In this document: one piece after another, positions 1 to 12,364 of the stretch
Layout: each line of letters opens with the position of its first letter
Position numbering within the stretch: the first letter of the stretch is position 1
Assembly: GCA_965644295.1 (NCBI GenBank)
Contig: CBFFRP010000041.1
Coordinates: 62,001 to 126,000, forward strand
DNA from: Paraphysomonas bandaiensis
Taxonomy: Eukaryota > Protista > Chrysophyceae
Direction of reading: 5' to 3'
DNA length: 64,000 nucleotides
Notes under the pieces: model-generated
Databases searched by the model: none
What the model saw: the letters and a program-made list of their open reading frames with translations, nothing else
What the model was told of the DNA's origin: nothing
Position numbers and translations under genes: made by a program

Positions 1-1041
1 TACATGCGGCAGCGACACTGAGCCAATGGGATCTTTTGATATGTATTTGTATCTATCTCAAGTACAGCAGAGTCGATGCTATGAAACTGCTATCAACTAC
101 TGGAGAAGTTTGAGATCAGTTGCAGATGCTCAAACTATGGGCATATTGTATTGGCAATTAAATGATATTTGGCAGGTCAGTTTTTGTCTTCATTTGAATA
201 TGTTTTGGCATGAGATCATATGGCAGTGCGATGATTGGGTACACTGTGTTTGTTTTTATAACACCTATTTATGCACATTTTCTTTTAATAGGGTCCAAGT
301 TGGTCTAGTACAGAATGGGGTGGGAGGTGGAAGCCTCTCCAATATACAGTATCCCGATCATTTTCACCAGTTGCAGTTAATTTTGTTGGAGAGCCTGCTG
401 GGGATGCGGTGGAACTCTGGGCGGTCAATGACATGCCATTGGATGTGACTGTGACTTATTCTGCCTACTTGATTTCGTGGGAAGCTTCAGGGGAATTAAA
501 CGACGATATGGTTGTGCACAGTGGCAAGAAGTCTGTACGTGGTGGTAGCAGCATTCGGTTATCAGTATTATCTGTGGACAGCATACTCAAATTTGGAAAC
601 GACCCCACCTGCACAAGAGAAACATGTTTTTTAATGGTCAGGTCGACTGCAACATCTTCATCTGATGAAGTCTCAGTACCTGAAAGTGTTTTTTATTTGG
701 ATATTATGAAGAACCAAAAGTTGTCGTCCGCACCACGCATCGAAGTATCGAATATTCGGGAGTTATCTAAGTACGAGGTGGAGTTCGATCTGAAACTAGA
801 CAAAACAAGTCCTTTTGTTTTTATGGAATTAACTGGGTCAAATGACCTTGACCAAAACCCCTCATCAATTGGAGTCAACAATAAAAACGCGGGCTGGTTC
901 AACAATAACAATTTCTTGGCAATTGGGAATGTTATCTACAGCATGAAATATACCTCTCACCTACCATTGAGTTCCCCTGAGGATTTTGCGAAGAGGTTAA
1001 AGATACGCTCCTTACAGAATGTAAAAACTACCTGCGATTAG
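1..1041 (+). CDS. Beta-mannosidase (GH2), C-terminal part; 5' end lies outside the window
   Basis: MGILYWQLNDIWQ joins through a GT-AG intron (176-291) to GPSWSSTEWGGRWKPLQY, the conserved beta-mannosidase C-terminal motif. Continues into ORF 409-1041 (TAG stop). Confidence 0.85.
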
Positions 1042-1466
1042 TGACTACTATTATTTATATGTACCAAATTGGGATGATGATATATGCATACTCAAGAAAT
1101 GCTATTTCAGCTTACACATAATTGCTACACTACTCAGCAGCTTTGCTACCAATCCTTGATTACGCAGTGCCTGTGGATATGCTTAGTGGAGCCATGAAAA
1201 CTAATTTAATAATGGATTTCATTTTAAGTATTTGTGAATTGGCGTGTACCTAACACGCGCGGTCTACCGGTCTACGCACTGTTTCGAAAATGCATATATT
1301 AATAGTACAGTGGTACATACGGTCAACTACTTCGTATATGGTAGTATTGAACTATTGAACACAAAATTATCAGCAGCAGGTTAACAGTAAATTCTGATTA
1401 ATACTTGCCTGAATAACATGAATCAAATATGCAATACACACACCAATTATTTTAAACACTCTGTCC

Positions 1467-2824
1467 CAGAGCCTGGTAATCGTTAATGGTAATGCTATTA
1501 TAACTGCCGGGACATTTTTCATTAATGCCGCAAATTGGTACTTGATATATATGATGCTATATATATTATATTGTTGGAATACGTATGTTTCACTAAAATA
1601 GGACTGTAAAATACGTTAAATACAATGTAAAAATAGTATTACTTTGATATAGCATATAGCTATAACTGTGAATCTGAAGTATTGTATCATGACCATTCAA
1701 GATACGGAAGTTGAGCAGTGGTTGACATGAACGAAATAAATTATCATGTTGTTGACATGTTTTACATTGCAACACACACAATTGTGTATGTAGTATAATA
1801 AAAGAGTCTTATCTAGATTGATTACAATAAACTTCTCTTAACGATCGTAATTGTGAAAATAACCAATAGTCAATATATAGAACTAAGTGAAATCTAAACA
1901 ATTTTAAACAATTTTCATGTAACTCTACAGCTACTTTTTGTAGCAACTTTATTTATTATCAGTGGCAAACGTAATGGATTAAGAATTAGAAAATAGTTTT
2001 GTGAGCAACAGCATAACAATGTACTCATACTCAAAATATTCTAAAAACGCATTGAAAATATGAATATTCACCTCTATAAAGCATTACTAAGAAATTGAAA
2101 GAAGCTGCAGTACACAACTGCAATCATTGTACTCTGCAATCATACCATATATTAAGCAACGATGATGCCCGAAAAAGTTGATGGCAGTGAAATTTACAGA
2201 GTCTTCTTCCGAGAATTTTTGTAGAACCACCGAGTCATCTTCCTTCGTTCGGGCTTTATGTTTGTTTTCTGAGCGAGCAAAACGGCATTTCTTGATGAAA
2301 GATCTAAAGGCGTTTAAGAATACCAGTTTGCTCTCATCCGACAGCAATCACGAGAAAAGTGCAGGTACTTATTTTACAGAGGGTGTTCTGGACAGCGCCC
2401 AGGTCACCACAAGAGATCTCGACTTGGCGACTTGGTACCTATGAGTCGAAGCACAATCTAATGTTGTTGTTGAGAGGCTCTGTAGTCGTGCAAAGTTTCT
2501 TTATGACACATGAGTGTGGAAACACGAATCCATATCATCTATAATTGTTGCTATTCCTACGAGCCAAATACATGTTGTGGGATGCTTATGCCCTCCATGA
2601 ACCATGAAGCCCTGCAAGAAGATCTTGATGTGTCAGTGGAGAGCGAGAAGTTGTTACGACTCGTAGTTTGTTATTTTCTCTAAATTAGTAATTTAGGGAG
2701 CACTACACACTACACTATCTACTTAGTTATTAATGGTAATACTATTATAATTGCAGGGACATTTTTCAATAATGCCATTATAATTGCCGGGCACTGGACT
2801 GCCATTAATAGTTACCAGGCTCTG
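1467..2824. mobile_element. Non-autonomous hAT-type DNA transposon
   Basis: TIRs CAGAGCCTGGTAA.. (1467) and ..TTACCAGGCTCTG (2824). 8-bp TSD CTCTGTCC/GTCTGTCC (7/8 match). Subterminal (C)ATTAATG(G) motifs shared with the 30885 element. Confidence 0.8.
1570..1850. repeat. Dispersed repeat; inverted copy at ~42310-42610
   Basis: ORFs 1593..1781(-) and 42369..42581(+) translate to near-identical peptides (CQQHDxLFRSCQPLLNFRILN). The DNA matches in reverse complement. Confidence 0.85.
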
Positions 2825-2939
2825 GTCTGTCCCTATTCTCGCATTTTAGTAGCTTAACTTTTAAACTAGAGATATGACGCCTCGTATGATAGATTACTAA
2901 TCCGCTTAATTTAATCGTTCACAGAAATTGATGCTAAAT

Positions 2940-4037
2940 TTATTCAGGCACCAATACAATGTTTCCAGCATTTAAATTCTGTCTACTAATAACCTCTTCA
3001 TGAGATACAGATGCTTCTTCCAGAGGCAGTACTTGTGATACAACAGGGTCAAGAGCCCCAGACGCTAAGTGTTCATTTATAAACTTAGCAGCCATGGCTA
3101 AATCCTCCGGTGTGGATTGAAATAAGGTGACACCATACACCTCCAGTTCCCGGGTCATCATATCGCGTGGGTTGATAGTAACCGTTCCACGACTTCCTAC
3201 TACAGCAACCCGCCCATTGACTGCCATTAATGGTAGATCCACGCCAAGGTTTGTAGACGCAAGCATCTCAATGCAAACGTTGTATCCCGAAGGAAATACA
3301 GCTCGTACAGAGTCAATGTAATTGTCTGCCCGATGGTTGAATGCAGCAGTTGCGCCTGCATCTAACACTGCCTGTATATCATTAGCTTTAATGATAATAT
3401 TACAAGAAAAAACGAAAGACTATACCTGAACACCTGTCTCAGTACCAGCTGTACCTACTACTTCCATGTCAAGGGCACGCGCCATCTGTACAGCCAAGAG
3501 ACCAACTGCACCAGATGCACCATGAATGAAAACTTTATCCCCTGGCTTAGCGCGGGCTTTTGTGAAGAGTGCACGATAGGCTGTGAAGGCTGGTGTGCCT
3601 AGACAAGCTCCTTTCTCAAAGGTGACATTATCCGGCAACAAGAAAGCATGACTTGCATTACACAATGAATACTGAGCATAGGATCCAGACAATGAGCCAA
3701 ACATATACACACGATCTCCTACTTTAACATCTTTTACATCTGATCCCACCTCATGCACCACACCAGCCCCATCCTTACCCGGTATATACGGGAGATTAGG
3801 GAGCTTTGGATGCACTCCTGATCTAATGTATGTGTCTACTGGATTGACTCCAACAGCATGCATCTTAACTACACACTGTGTGCTGTTAGGTGAAGGGATG
3901 CTACAGGAGGACACCTGAAGGACATGAGGATCACCAAACTGATTAACCAGAACTGCTTTCATGGTAGATAGATGGGATTGAAAGACACGAGAGGTAGGAC
4001 GGAAGGTTAGGTTACGGATACAGTGAGATGAGAACAT
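2940..4037 (-). CDS. NADPH:quinone oxidoreductase (zeta-crystallin-like, MDR family), probable mitochondrial presequence
   Basis: VGVNPVDTYIRSG, PGKDGAGVV and HGASGAVG motifs. One short intron at ~3372-3424 joins the two ORFs. R/S-rich N-terminus. Confidence 0.9.
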
Positions 4038-4100
4038 ATGGAGATACAGTGTAAGATACGAACAACTCTAATATATGAACAACACGCTTAACAGTGACAC

Positions 4101-4915
4101 ACATACATACATACATACATACATACATACATACATACATACATACATACATACATACATACATACATACATACATACATACATACATACATACATACAT
4201 ACATACATACATACATACATACATACATACATACATACATACATACATACATACATACATACATACATACATACATACATACATACATACATACATACAT
4301 ACATACATACATACATACATACATACATACATACATACATACATACATACATACATACATACATACATACATACATACATACATACATACATACATACAT
4401 ACATACATACATACATACATACATACATACATACATACATACATACATACATACATACATACATACATACATACATACATACATACATACATACATACAT
4501 ACATACATACATACATACATACATACATACATACATACATACATACATACATACATACATACATACATACATACATACATACATACATACATACATACAT
4601 ACATACATACATACATACATACATACATACATACATACATACATACATACATACATACATACATACATACATACATACATACATACATACATACATACAT
4701 ACATACATACATACATACATACATACATACATACATACATACATACATACATACATACATACATACATACATACATACATACATACATACATACATACAT
4801 ACATACATACATACATACATACATACATACATACATACATACATACATACATACATACATACATACATACATACATACATACATACATACATACATACAT
4901 ACATACATACACACA

Positions 4916-4944
<29 letters not shown>
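4101..4944. repeat. (ACAT)n tetranucleotide microsatellite, ~210 units
   Basis: Directly visible, nearly perfect, one ACAC interruption near 4911. Confidence 0.99.
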
Positions 4945-4951
<7 letters not shown>

Positions 4952-5013
4952 TGGAGATGTGTGCATGGGGATTATGAGCATAGCAGAAGTGTCCATTGTC
5001 TGCATAGTTCATA

Positions 5014-7190
5014 ATGTTAGAAGAGTATTTATCATGGGATCCAAACGATGAGACTAAAGCCTCTCTGAGGGCCTTATCAGATGCTGGTGATACCAACACA
5101 CTATCTACATTATTATCTACCAGATTGGAGTTTGGCACAGCTGGATTGCGTGGTCCTATGGGCCCGGGATACTGCCGTATGAACGATCTCGTGACTATGC
5201 AAACCATGCAAGGGATACTGCGATATCTTGATCGTATGATAGGAGAGGAGGCTAAAGAGATGGTGATGCTTGTATGTATATATATAGAGGGATGTAATGA
5301 TGGCATTAGGGTGTGGTGATTGGATATGATCATCGTCAAGCTGGATCGCTATCATCACGAGGCTTTGCTAGAATGTGTGCTTCGGTTGCAATTGCTGCGA
5401 ACTATAAGGTAGAGTTTTGTAGTGTATATGTACAAACTAATTCCTTATTTTGTAGGTTAAAGCATTGGAGGGATATGTTCCCACTCCGTTTGTTCCTTAT
5501 GCTGTCACACAACTGCATGCAGCTGTGGGTATTATGATTACAGCTAGTCATAATCCGAAACTAGATAATGGGATAAAGGTCTACTGGAGCAATGGATCTC
5601 AGATAATTCCTCCACATGATGCTGGCATCGCGGCGTCCATAGATGCTAATTTAAAGCCATGGCAGAAATATGTAACTACGGATAGCTATGTGTTTTCCAA
5701 CCCCCTCTTTGTGGATGTAACTGATGATATTGCATCGACCTATTACAGTAGTATCCAGCGATTGAGTTCTGGCCCAACTTCGGCGCGGATGCCATTAAAG
5801 ATTGCGTATACAGGTCAGTCGTTAGCTCTCCATTCTGTCAAGTGTCCGCGCTTCTTCATGTTGATTATATAACTTTTGCCGAGATGTCTGTGCATTGTTA
5901 GTATGTTATAGCTTATATATTGACTGTATTATAGCGATGCATGGAGTGGGGGCCAAGTGGATAGAAAGAGCATTCTCTGTCATGAACTCCGTGAATTGTC
6001 TCCCAGGGGTCATTCCCGTGCCCGTTCAAGAGCAGCCCGACGCGGATTTTCCAACCGTTCATTTCCCGAATCCTGAAGAGAAAGGGGTAAGTGATGTTCT
6101 CATTGTAATAATTTTTTTCTCAATATTATACATTTCGTGCTTTCTTTATCAGGCATTGGATGAAGCAATGGCATATGCATCTGCCAACAACTGTACACTT
6201 ATTATAGCGAATGATCCAGATGCAGATAGGCTGGCAGTAGCCGAGCGCAAAGAATTTCTGAGTCAATCAGGAAATGCCAAAGATGATTGGCGGGTGTTTA
6301 CAGGGAACGAGATAGGTGTTATGCTGGGACATTACCAGATTCAGAAGTATAAGTCGATTTCTAGTGGAGATTCCAAAGCCGCAGTAGTCTCTACGGTCGT
6401 ATCTTCTCAAATGCTGAAGACTATTGCTGAAGCGGAAGGCGTACATTTCTCAGCCACCTTGACTGGTATGGTCCGGCCATATATATGTTTCTATTCCTGT
6501 ATTCATAGTGTTTAGAAATTTCATCAATTGATTTTGGTGTTCTTAGGATTTAAATGGATTGGCAACGAGTCTTTACGTCTGCAGAAAGAAGGCTATAATG
6601 TATTGTTTTCGTACGAAGAAGCACTCGGATACTGCGTGGGAGATGTAGTATGTGACAAAGACGGCATATCTGCTGCTGTAGTGCTGGCAGAGCTTGCCAA
6701 TAGCGTTGTAGCTCAAGGGTTCAATATGCAGCAATATTTAGGGCAGCTACAATCGAAGTATGGAATGTATGTGTCGTTCAACACATATCTACTTTGCTAC
6801 GACAAGAACGTTACAGAACGCATTTTTAGTCGCCTGAGGGGTGGTAATGATAACAATTCATCGGGGGAAAAGAATTACTGGAGTAAAACTGGGGATAGTT
6901 GTGTTGTGAGCGTGAAAGACATCACAATGGGCTATGACAGCACTACTCCAGATGGCATATCTGTGCTGCCTCGCACTCCTGACTCACACATGATTATGTT
7001 TGAGTTCGACAACCGATGTTCAATAATCTTACGGACGAGTGGAACGGAGCCAAAAATCAAGTGTTATTCTGAGATGGTGGGTAATTCAGGGGCATCTGCA
7101 GATGAGGCGCGAGAGACATTGGCCTGTTTTGTGGAAATGTGTATCCAAGAAATGCTCCAACCTGACGTCAATGGATTGCATAGACCGTAA
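5014..7190 (+). CDS. PGM2: Phosphoglucomutase-2 / phosphopentomutase
   Basis: FGTAGLRG, TASHNP (catalytic Ser), DPDADR (metal loop), GFKW, YEEALGY, DKDG and RTSGTEPKIKCY motifs. About five short introns (first 5263-5309). Confidence 0.92.
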
Positions 7191-7735
7191 TATAACACTT
7201 AAAAGTTGTAATAATCTAAATTACTTCTTCATCGCTATCTTTTGGTGTATCCAATATTGACATTTAGATGGTGAAATAACTTAAGGAACTGAAAAGTAAA
7301 GTCATTCAATTATCAGTAAATTAACTATTGTGAATAACATATCTCTCATTTAGTCATTCACAATATCTATATTATCTCTACAACCAACCAATTTTATCAG
7401 ATCGTAGGTAGTCACAGATTTATACAGGCAATGCATTTCAGTGTCGGTAACATGAATCACAATCATCTCATTAATTCGTGTATTACTGTTTACAACTACC
7501 TTAGTAGCGAATGACTTATTCTTATTAAAATACAGTTTTCAAGAGCTTATGATCAAGCAACACTGTAGGAAAAATCTATATGAAACCACCAAAAACCTAG
7601 GTTTATACACAACTTGTAACTTGATGGAATAAATTTTCGTATAAAACAGTAAAAGTTTACGTAATTGTAAGGAAGTAATAGCACTACAACACACTAGTCT
7701 AGATATCTAGATGCACTGCCAATATTGACCGCATT

Positions 7736-9126
7736 TTAATCCATGATAGCAATTTCTTCCAAAATATTCTCGTTAAGGGAAAGTCTACGACGAAGAGAAA
7801 CAAAAAGCGATATAAGGTACTCATAGTCTGGTTTCTCGTAGAAGCCAAGGCCTCTGACATGTGAGAAATAATAACTTATTTCGTCTATTAAAGACAATGA
7901 ATCACAACGATTATATGTGGCATAGAATGATTAACATACTTGGTAGGTACTTGCACATACGTGCGATGGGAGTCTTGATCCTAATTTCTGTGCTGATAAG
8001 ATCCGCTTCATCTGAGTCTAGGCTAGAGTCTATGTCATCCCATGGAAGGCCTCTCATTAAATATACTAACGTATTTCCAAGAGATTCTAAATCGTCACGT
8101 CGTGATTGTTCTGTAATTTAAACATGTCATTCTAGAGTATTAGCAGCCTACGATAGACAATTCAGATAGAATAGAATTACACAGGCACAGCTATACCAGT
8201 ACATATTACCTACACCCATCATTGCATTTAATGATGCATATCTGACCGTTCCCACTATATTTCCACCGTCTTTGTAAGATATGTGCTTGTACCTGCCATC
8301 TACACGAGTTCTGTACACCTTCGAAGAGCCAAAATCAATTAAATATACTTTGTTAGCGTCAGCATCTCGTCCAAGAGCAATATTGTTAGGCTTAATATCA
8401 CTGTATGTTATATTGTTATATAGTTATATACAGAACGAAATACATTCAGCGATACCGATGAATATAGGAGTTATTGTGCAGGGCACGTAATATAGAAACC
8501 ATCTGCTCTCCTATAGACGCAACGGCCCCTAATTGTAATGGACGATGCAGTCGCCTGCGAAGCACATTAAGACTTGGGCCAAGTCTGTCAAGTACAAGTG
8601 CTCTATGATCTCCAAACCGTCCCAACCAGTAGGCATGAGGAATACCAACTACAAATATGATTTTATGCCAATACCATTGACCAGAGGTGCACTATACTCA
8701 AGTGCACTGTAGTTTTGCCTCAAAATTTTATACGAAAGTTGCAATATACATCCATAGTTATAAAAAAATAACACTGTGATTAATTTTACCTGTTCCATTT
8801 AGCGTCTTATAGACGGCATACTCAAGCTCTAACTTTGCATGGCTGGTGTTCCAGTTTTCTACTTTCACCGCAACGTCTTGATTCGAAAAAATGCTCTTAC
8901 CAGCATACACACTTCCATATGAGCCACTCCCAAGTTTTTGAATAATATATATCTAAATACATAGCATGCATATCACATGAGTGCAGTGGAAGGACCTGTA
9001 CGCCACTGATACCTCATTATTAACCAGTACGTGTTTCATTACTGCGGGGTCCAGTTTTGGAGTCGGTTCAGAAACTACAAAATAGGAAGTCATAAGAACA
9101 TGAAGCAGTAGTATGATTTGAATCAT
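7736..9126 (-). CDS. Casein kinase 1-like protein kinase with N-terminal signal-peptide-like sequence (not in ORF track)
   Basis: Manual minus-strand splicing gives MIQIILLLHVLMTSYFVVSEPTPK..NNE | IYIIQKLGSGSYGSVY..VAVKVE..LELEYAVYKTLNGT | VGIPHAYW..LVLDRLGPSL..YIHR | DIKPNN..YLIDFG..GTVRYASLNAMMGV | EQSRRDDLESLG..LPW | ..KPDYEYL..MD*. All introns GT-AG. Confidence 0.88.
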
Positions 9127-9660
9127 TGGGCATATGTCGGTTGATATTGTGCAGGCTCTCTATGCACGAGCATCATTCCCACAGATATCAAGAGTGTACC
9201 TGTCGTGACCTGCTATGTACCCAAATCAACAGTGAGGAGTAGCGTGTTGCATCATAGGTATGGTGTTATGGTGCTATATGGCTGGACAGTCACTCTGTGT
9301 CTCGTGTGTGTTGTAGTATCTGGATATGGTGGACGGTTGTGTCCATACAGCATCTAGATACAGCCTGTGCATTGTGCATATATACGTATACCGTATACAC
9401 ACACTGCTGCAGTGTAGCCTACAGCAAGGTCTGATACTGTATGAGGTTATACTGGACGGTATTCCATGGTATTCCTGTGTAGTGCATGCGGTCATCCACT
9501 GCAGGATCATGCATCTATATGGATATCCAGAGCACTCCTGCAACACCTGCATCTGCATCTGCATCTACTGCAACACTTATGGCATCATGTTGACATATTA
9601 TGACTCCCATTGATCTTAAATGCAAGATGAGAGAGCTTTATCTCTCATATCTTCTACCCT

Positions 9661-11103
9661 ATGGAAATATCTCGTATGATCGCTGTGTTGAGGTTTCTCT
9701 TGCTTGCATGCGGTAATACATCTGAATATATTCATAATTATCAACTAACACACATAAATACATCATCGGTAGTAAGTTGCAACGCGAGATTACGATTTAC
9801 TGACGCTGAAGTGAAGAAACTAGGACTTGTCGCCGGGCAGGTTGACTCCATTGTAACAACTTCATCTATATGCTTGACATTGCCTGTCCACAGGTTGAAA
9901 TCCTGTCTAAACTAGGCGGAGGAGCAGATGGTGTCGTCTATAAGTATACACATATATTTACTATGTATACATCTTACAAGTAGCTCACAGGGGTCGAAAT
10001 CTTTCTTCTGGCCAGATCTACGCAATTAAATTTGAGTACTCCCACATGAAAAAAATTGCTATGGATACTAAAATTCTTGGAAAGTTTCACGGGACAGGTG
10101 GCCACTTTTAATTTGACATCTGTTAGCTCTCATTTTAGGTACAGTGGGGTTTCCGAAGGTATACTGGCATGGGAAACATGATGACTACAATGCTATTCTA
10201 TTGGAGTTGGTAGGAGATAACCTGGACACGATATCAAGTAGATATTATCCCATTTCGCTGAGAAATGTTCTTCTACTGGTATTTAAACCAGAAATGTTAT
10301 AGAATTATTGAATGATATTGTCTGTTCTAGGCAGATCAAATGATTACCAGACTAGAAACATTGCACAATGCATTCTATGTTCACGGTATGACAGTTCTGT
10401 ATTTTATATCATCAATTATTCTATCCAGGTGATGTGAAACCAGACAACTTTGCACTTGGGCGTAGTGATGGTAAAAGTGCATATGGCAACGATACTGTGT
10501 ATCTTATTGACCTTGGTGATGCACGTCAAATAATATCACGGGGAGCTGATGGATCGATTAAGCATGTACCTTTTTATGATGGAGTGCCTGTAATTCAGTC
10601 TTATCGGTATGCTTCATTCCCGTCGCTAACGACAGCAGGTAGGTTCATACATCATATTATAGTAATATATTACCAACCATATGTACTGGAAGCCACGTCG
10701 CGCAGAGATGACATGGAATCGCTTGGATACTCTCTTATTTCAATGATGCGCCCATTGCCATGGCAGGGAATACATGTGGATAGCACAACTGACAAGCACA
10801 AGTTCATAATTCGGGAGCGTATTGCGACTTCTATATCAGAGTTATGCGCAGGATTGCCTGGTAAGTAACCCTATGGGTGTGTCACTAGCTGACCTAAATT
10901 TACTCCTATACACTGGTATAGTGTAATGACTATACGAAGAAATTTAATGTTTCATTGTAGCAGAATTTAAAGACTATTTCAGTCACGTGAAGGCATTAGG
11001 ATTTGCGTCTAAACCTGATTACTCTTATCTTCGAAGACTTTTTCAACGTCTCTACAACAGGAAAAAGTACAGTAAGGATCGACAGTTAAATTGGAATATG
11101 TAA
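9661..11103 (+). CDS. Divergent casein kinase 1-like kinase with N-terminal signal-peptide-like sequence
   Basis: Spliced: MEISRMIAVLRFLLLACVSCNARLRF..AGQ | VEILSKLGGGADGVVYK | ..YAIKFE | VGFPKVYW..LLELVG | ADQMITRLETLH..HGDVKPDN..YLIDLG..RYAS | SRRDDMESLGY..LPWQGI | EFKDYF..KPDYSYLRRLF..M*. Confidence 0.85.
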
Positions 11104-12364
11104 ACGGACACTAAGAGAGGTACAATTGAAGTATATTTCGTATATACATGAGTAGATCTAGGGTACATTTAGTAATCATGGCAATTACTTGATAAGTGAT
11201 CACTGGCTGTATATATTTATTGTGTTAATGTTGTAATAATATGCATTCAAACAAAGGATATAGCCGAACTGTGCGGTAGTGTTCATTAGTAAAGCCATCT
11301 ATGTTTAGTACAGTACTGGTTTGGGTGCTTTAGTCCTTTCGTTCATTTTTTTTTTCGTGTTAAAGACTTGACTAATATACTTTGTTATGTTAATACTTTG
11401 TTTTCTTTGTTATGCAAAGAAAAAATCACTACTTATAGCTATCAGGAATTATATATGAAAACAAGGTATTATTGCAAAAGAACACTTTCTCAGACACAAA
11501 GAGTCATATAAAAAATTACATCACAGCAAATGTACATGGTCACAAATGATAGAAAATTCTATTACAGCCCTTCGAAATTCGCACATATATACTGCGAGGT
11601 ATGCGTTTATAATCTGCAACTCTGTGATCGGAATTAGTTGCCTACTTCCTAACCACTCAAATGATGATGTTGAAATACTCTCCAGATGGTATCATTAGAG
11701 TTTAATATAACCCAATGGGCAACGAGGAGGGCCATATGATGTCTATCTGTTATCTCACATCACATATTCGAGAAATCTTCTCACATTACATAACTGATAC
11801 ATCAAATAGTATACAACTAACAGTAAAAGTACCTCTTAAGCACGACATGTATATGCTAGCGTGGATATTTGCATTATATATCTATATGTGTGCAACACTG
11901 ACCAATATATCTTGCACAGCATGTGTACATGTCTGGACAGCAGTGTTTAAGATACGTAGAATCTATATAGCTACATGTATATGCGGTATACAGCAGTAGG
12001 AATTGCTTCCTAGATACTGATGTCTAGATGTGGTGCAGCGGTACAGGTACAGCGGTACAGCGGTACATCTGAATGTATAGTAGGAATTTCTACTGGATGT
12101 GAGGCTGGAATACAAGTATGTATTCTGTGGTATCAAATCAGAGGCTCGCAATGTATGTAGAGACAAGTAGTAGATGTTAACGTATATCTATATGTATTAC
12201 AGTGTATGTACTGTATGTATGCATGCATATTATGTATGTATGTACATGCCGCACACGCATCATATGTATGTATGCATCATCTTCGACCTAATTGTTCCAC
12301 AGATATGAGATCATACCATACACCACACTCCTAACTCACCCCATACCTCTAATACAACGACATC

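Noticed and set aside
4012-5339. Long ORFs of MYVC/YIHT repeats (also at 44583-45038 and 46380-46957)
   Set aside because: Translations of the stop-free (TACA)n microsatellite; not proteins.
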